A DNA stretch of 5,200 nucleotides, from the IMG/VR virus record IMGVR_UViG_3300000357_000284, positions 1 to 5,200 of that record, one strand, 5' to 3'. Under the pieces are notes generated by a model, which saw only the letters and a list, made by a program, of their open reading frames with translations, made no database searches and was not told the origin of the DNA. Both the position numbers and the translations under genes were made by a program. Positions 4,570 to 5,200 of the stretch are shown here, piece by piece. Within the stretch, counting starts at the first letter, position 1, and each line of letters begins with the position of its first letter. This DNA is from a virus. Its lineage: Duplodnaviria > Heunggongvirae > Uroviricota > Caudoviricetes.

Positions 4570-5200
4570 CGCTTTGCTCTCCTGCGTCTCCTTTGATGCG
4601 AATGCCAGGGGCGCGTGGCACATTAACTTCCACGATGCGCACAGTTGGTTTGTACATCTCAATCGCTGTCAGCCAGTCAGCTCCTGTCATGCGCTTTTCC
4701 GCATCGCCATTAGTCCACTGAACCGGTACACCAATAGCCTTCATCGCGATTTCTATTTCCCCGGCAATGGCGCTTTTTCCGCAACCAGTAAAACCAGATA
4801 CAACGACAAGAACTTCGCCTTTGGCTGGTTTTATTTCCCGTGCTTCCAGTTCTGCTATGCGCTTCTCTGCGGATTCCAGCGCCGCAACCAATTCGTCTAC
4901 AGTTCCGGCAGCTTGCAGTGCGTAATCGGTAATAGCCATCTCATGATCAATTTCAGTACCGTTCTCATTCGTTGAGGTGATAGCAAAATAATCAGAGTCG
5001 ATTTCGTTATCAGCTAAGTGGCGTAGCGTATCGGCAACAAGCCGGCCGTTTTCGATTAGCAGCTTCCCAACCGTAAGAGCAATTTCCTCGTTCTCCTGGT
5101 CGCGGGATTTGATGTACTGCTGGTTTCTTTCCCGTTCATCCAGAAGCGCCAGCACAGTAGCCGGATTGGCTGCGGCGATGAATTCAGCATTGGCCTGCTG
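4556..5200 (-). CDS. Ea22-like early-region phage protein, 5'-truncated by the window edge (at least 214 codons); C-terminal part contains a Walker-A-like GFTGCGKS
   Basis: The frame is open from 5200 down to TAA 4558-4556; the track start at 5155 is an internal GTG. The N-terminal stretch FIAAANPATVLALLDERERN followed by a coiled-coil-like region resembles Ead/Ea22-like proteins as I remember them. Codons for G-F-T-G-C-G-K-S map to 4795-4772 after a hydrophobic strand VLVVVS. Confidence 0.6.
   Translation of the reverse strand, partial: QQANAEFIAAANPATVLALLDERERNQQYIKSRDQENEEIALTVGKLLIENGRLVADTLRHLADNEIDSDYFAITSTNENGTEIDHEMAITDYALQAAGTVDELVAALESAEKRIAELEAREIKPAKGEVLVVVSGFTGCGKSAIAGEIEIAMKAIGVPVQWTNGDAEKRMTGADWLTAIEMYKPTVRIVEVNVPRAPGIRIKGDAGEQSDEKP

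Noticed and set aside
2570-4662. Upstream-extended starts given by the track for the small minus-strand genes (2624, 3660, 4032, 4451, 4662)
   Set aside because: These begin at non-ATG or RBS-less codons inside the preceding gene. Internal ATG/GTG starts with GGAG-type Shine-Dalgarno at the correct spacing and stop/start coupling are better supported.
3870-4975. Plus-strand ORFs 3870-4277 (135 aa) and 4493-4975 (160 aa)
   Set aside because: Antisense to the coupled minus-strand genes; translations are low-complexity (Phe/Cys/Ser-rich) and lack an RBS. Antisense regulatory RNA cannot be excluded, but there is no evidence for protein coding.
1-5200. CRISPR array or other long tandem repeats
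   Set aside because: No regularly spaced direct repeats of 24-40 bp were seen; the only recurring elements are the short start-site module and the 10-bp att-arm repeats.

Overview
This window spans the junction between a sucrose-utilisation (csc) locus and the right end of a prophage integrated at the argW tRNA hotspot. Positions 1-1248 encode a complete sucrose permease (CscB, + strand). Positions 1249-1777 are a non-coding junction with a truncated gene remnant, a 15-nt exact copy of the argW 3' end (attR-type core) and short repeats. From 1778 to the window edge every supported gene is on the minus strand: a 66-aa AlpA/Xis-type excisionase (TorI-like) next to the att core, two intrinsic terminators bracketing a doubtful 72-aa ORF, then a compact chain of translationally coupled small genes (86-aa ORF, DUF551 protein, PD-(D/E)XK-type nuclease-like protein, 87-aa ORF, 72-aa single-TM protein, 71-aa Cys-rich protein, 62-aa basic protein) fed by a 5'-truncated Ea22-like gene. 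No integrase, rRNA, intact tRNA or CRISPR array is present. The best candidate for an undescribed system is the coupled small-gene cassette around the nuclease-like gene (3127-4569), whose start sites reuse a near-identical 16-18-nt module three times; its function is inference only. All family assignments rest on reading the translations and on memory of known families, with no database search run.
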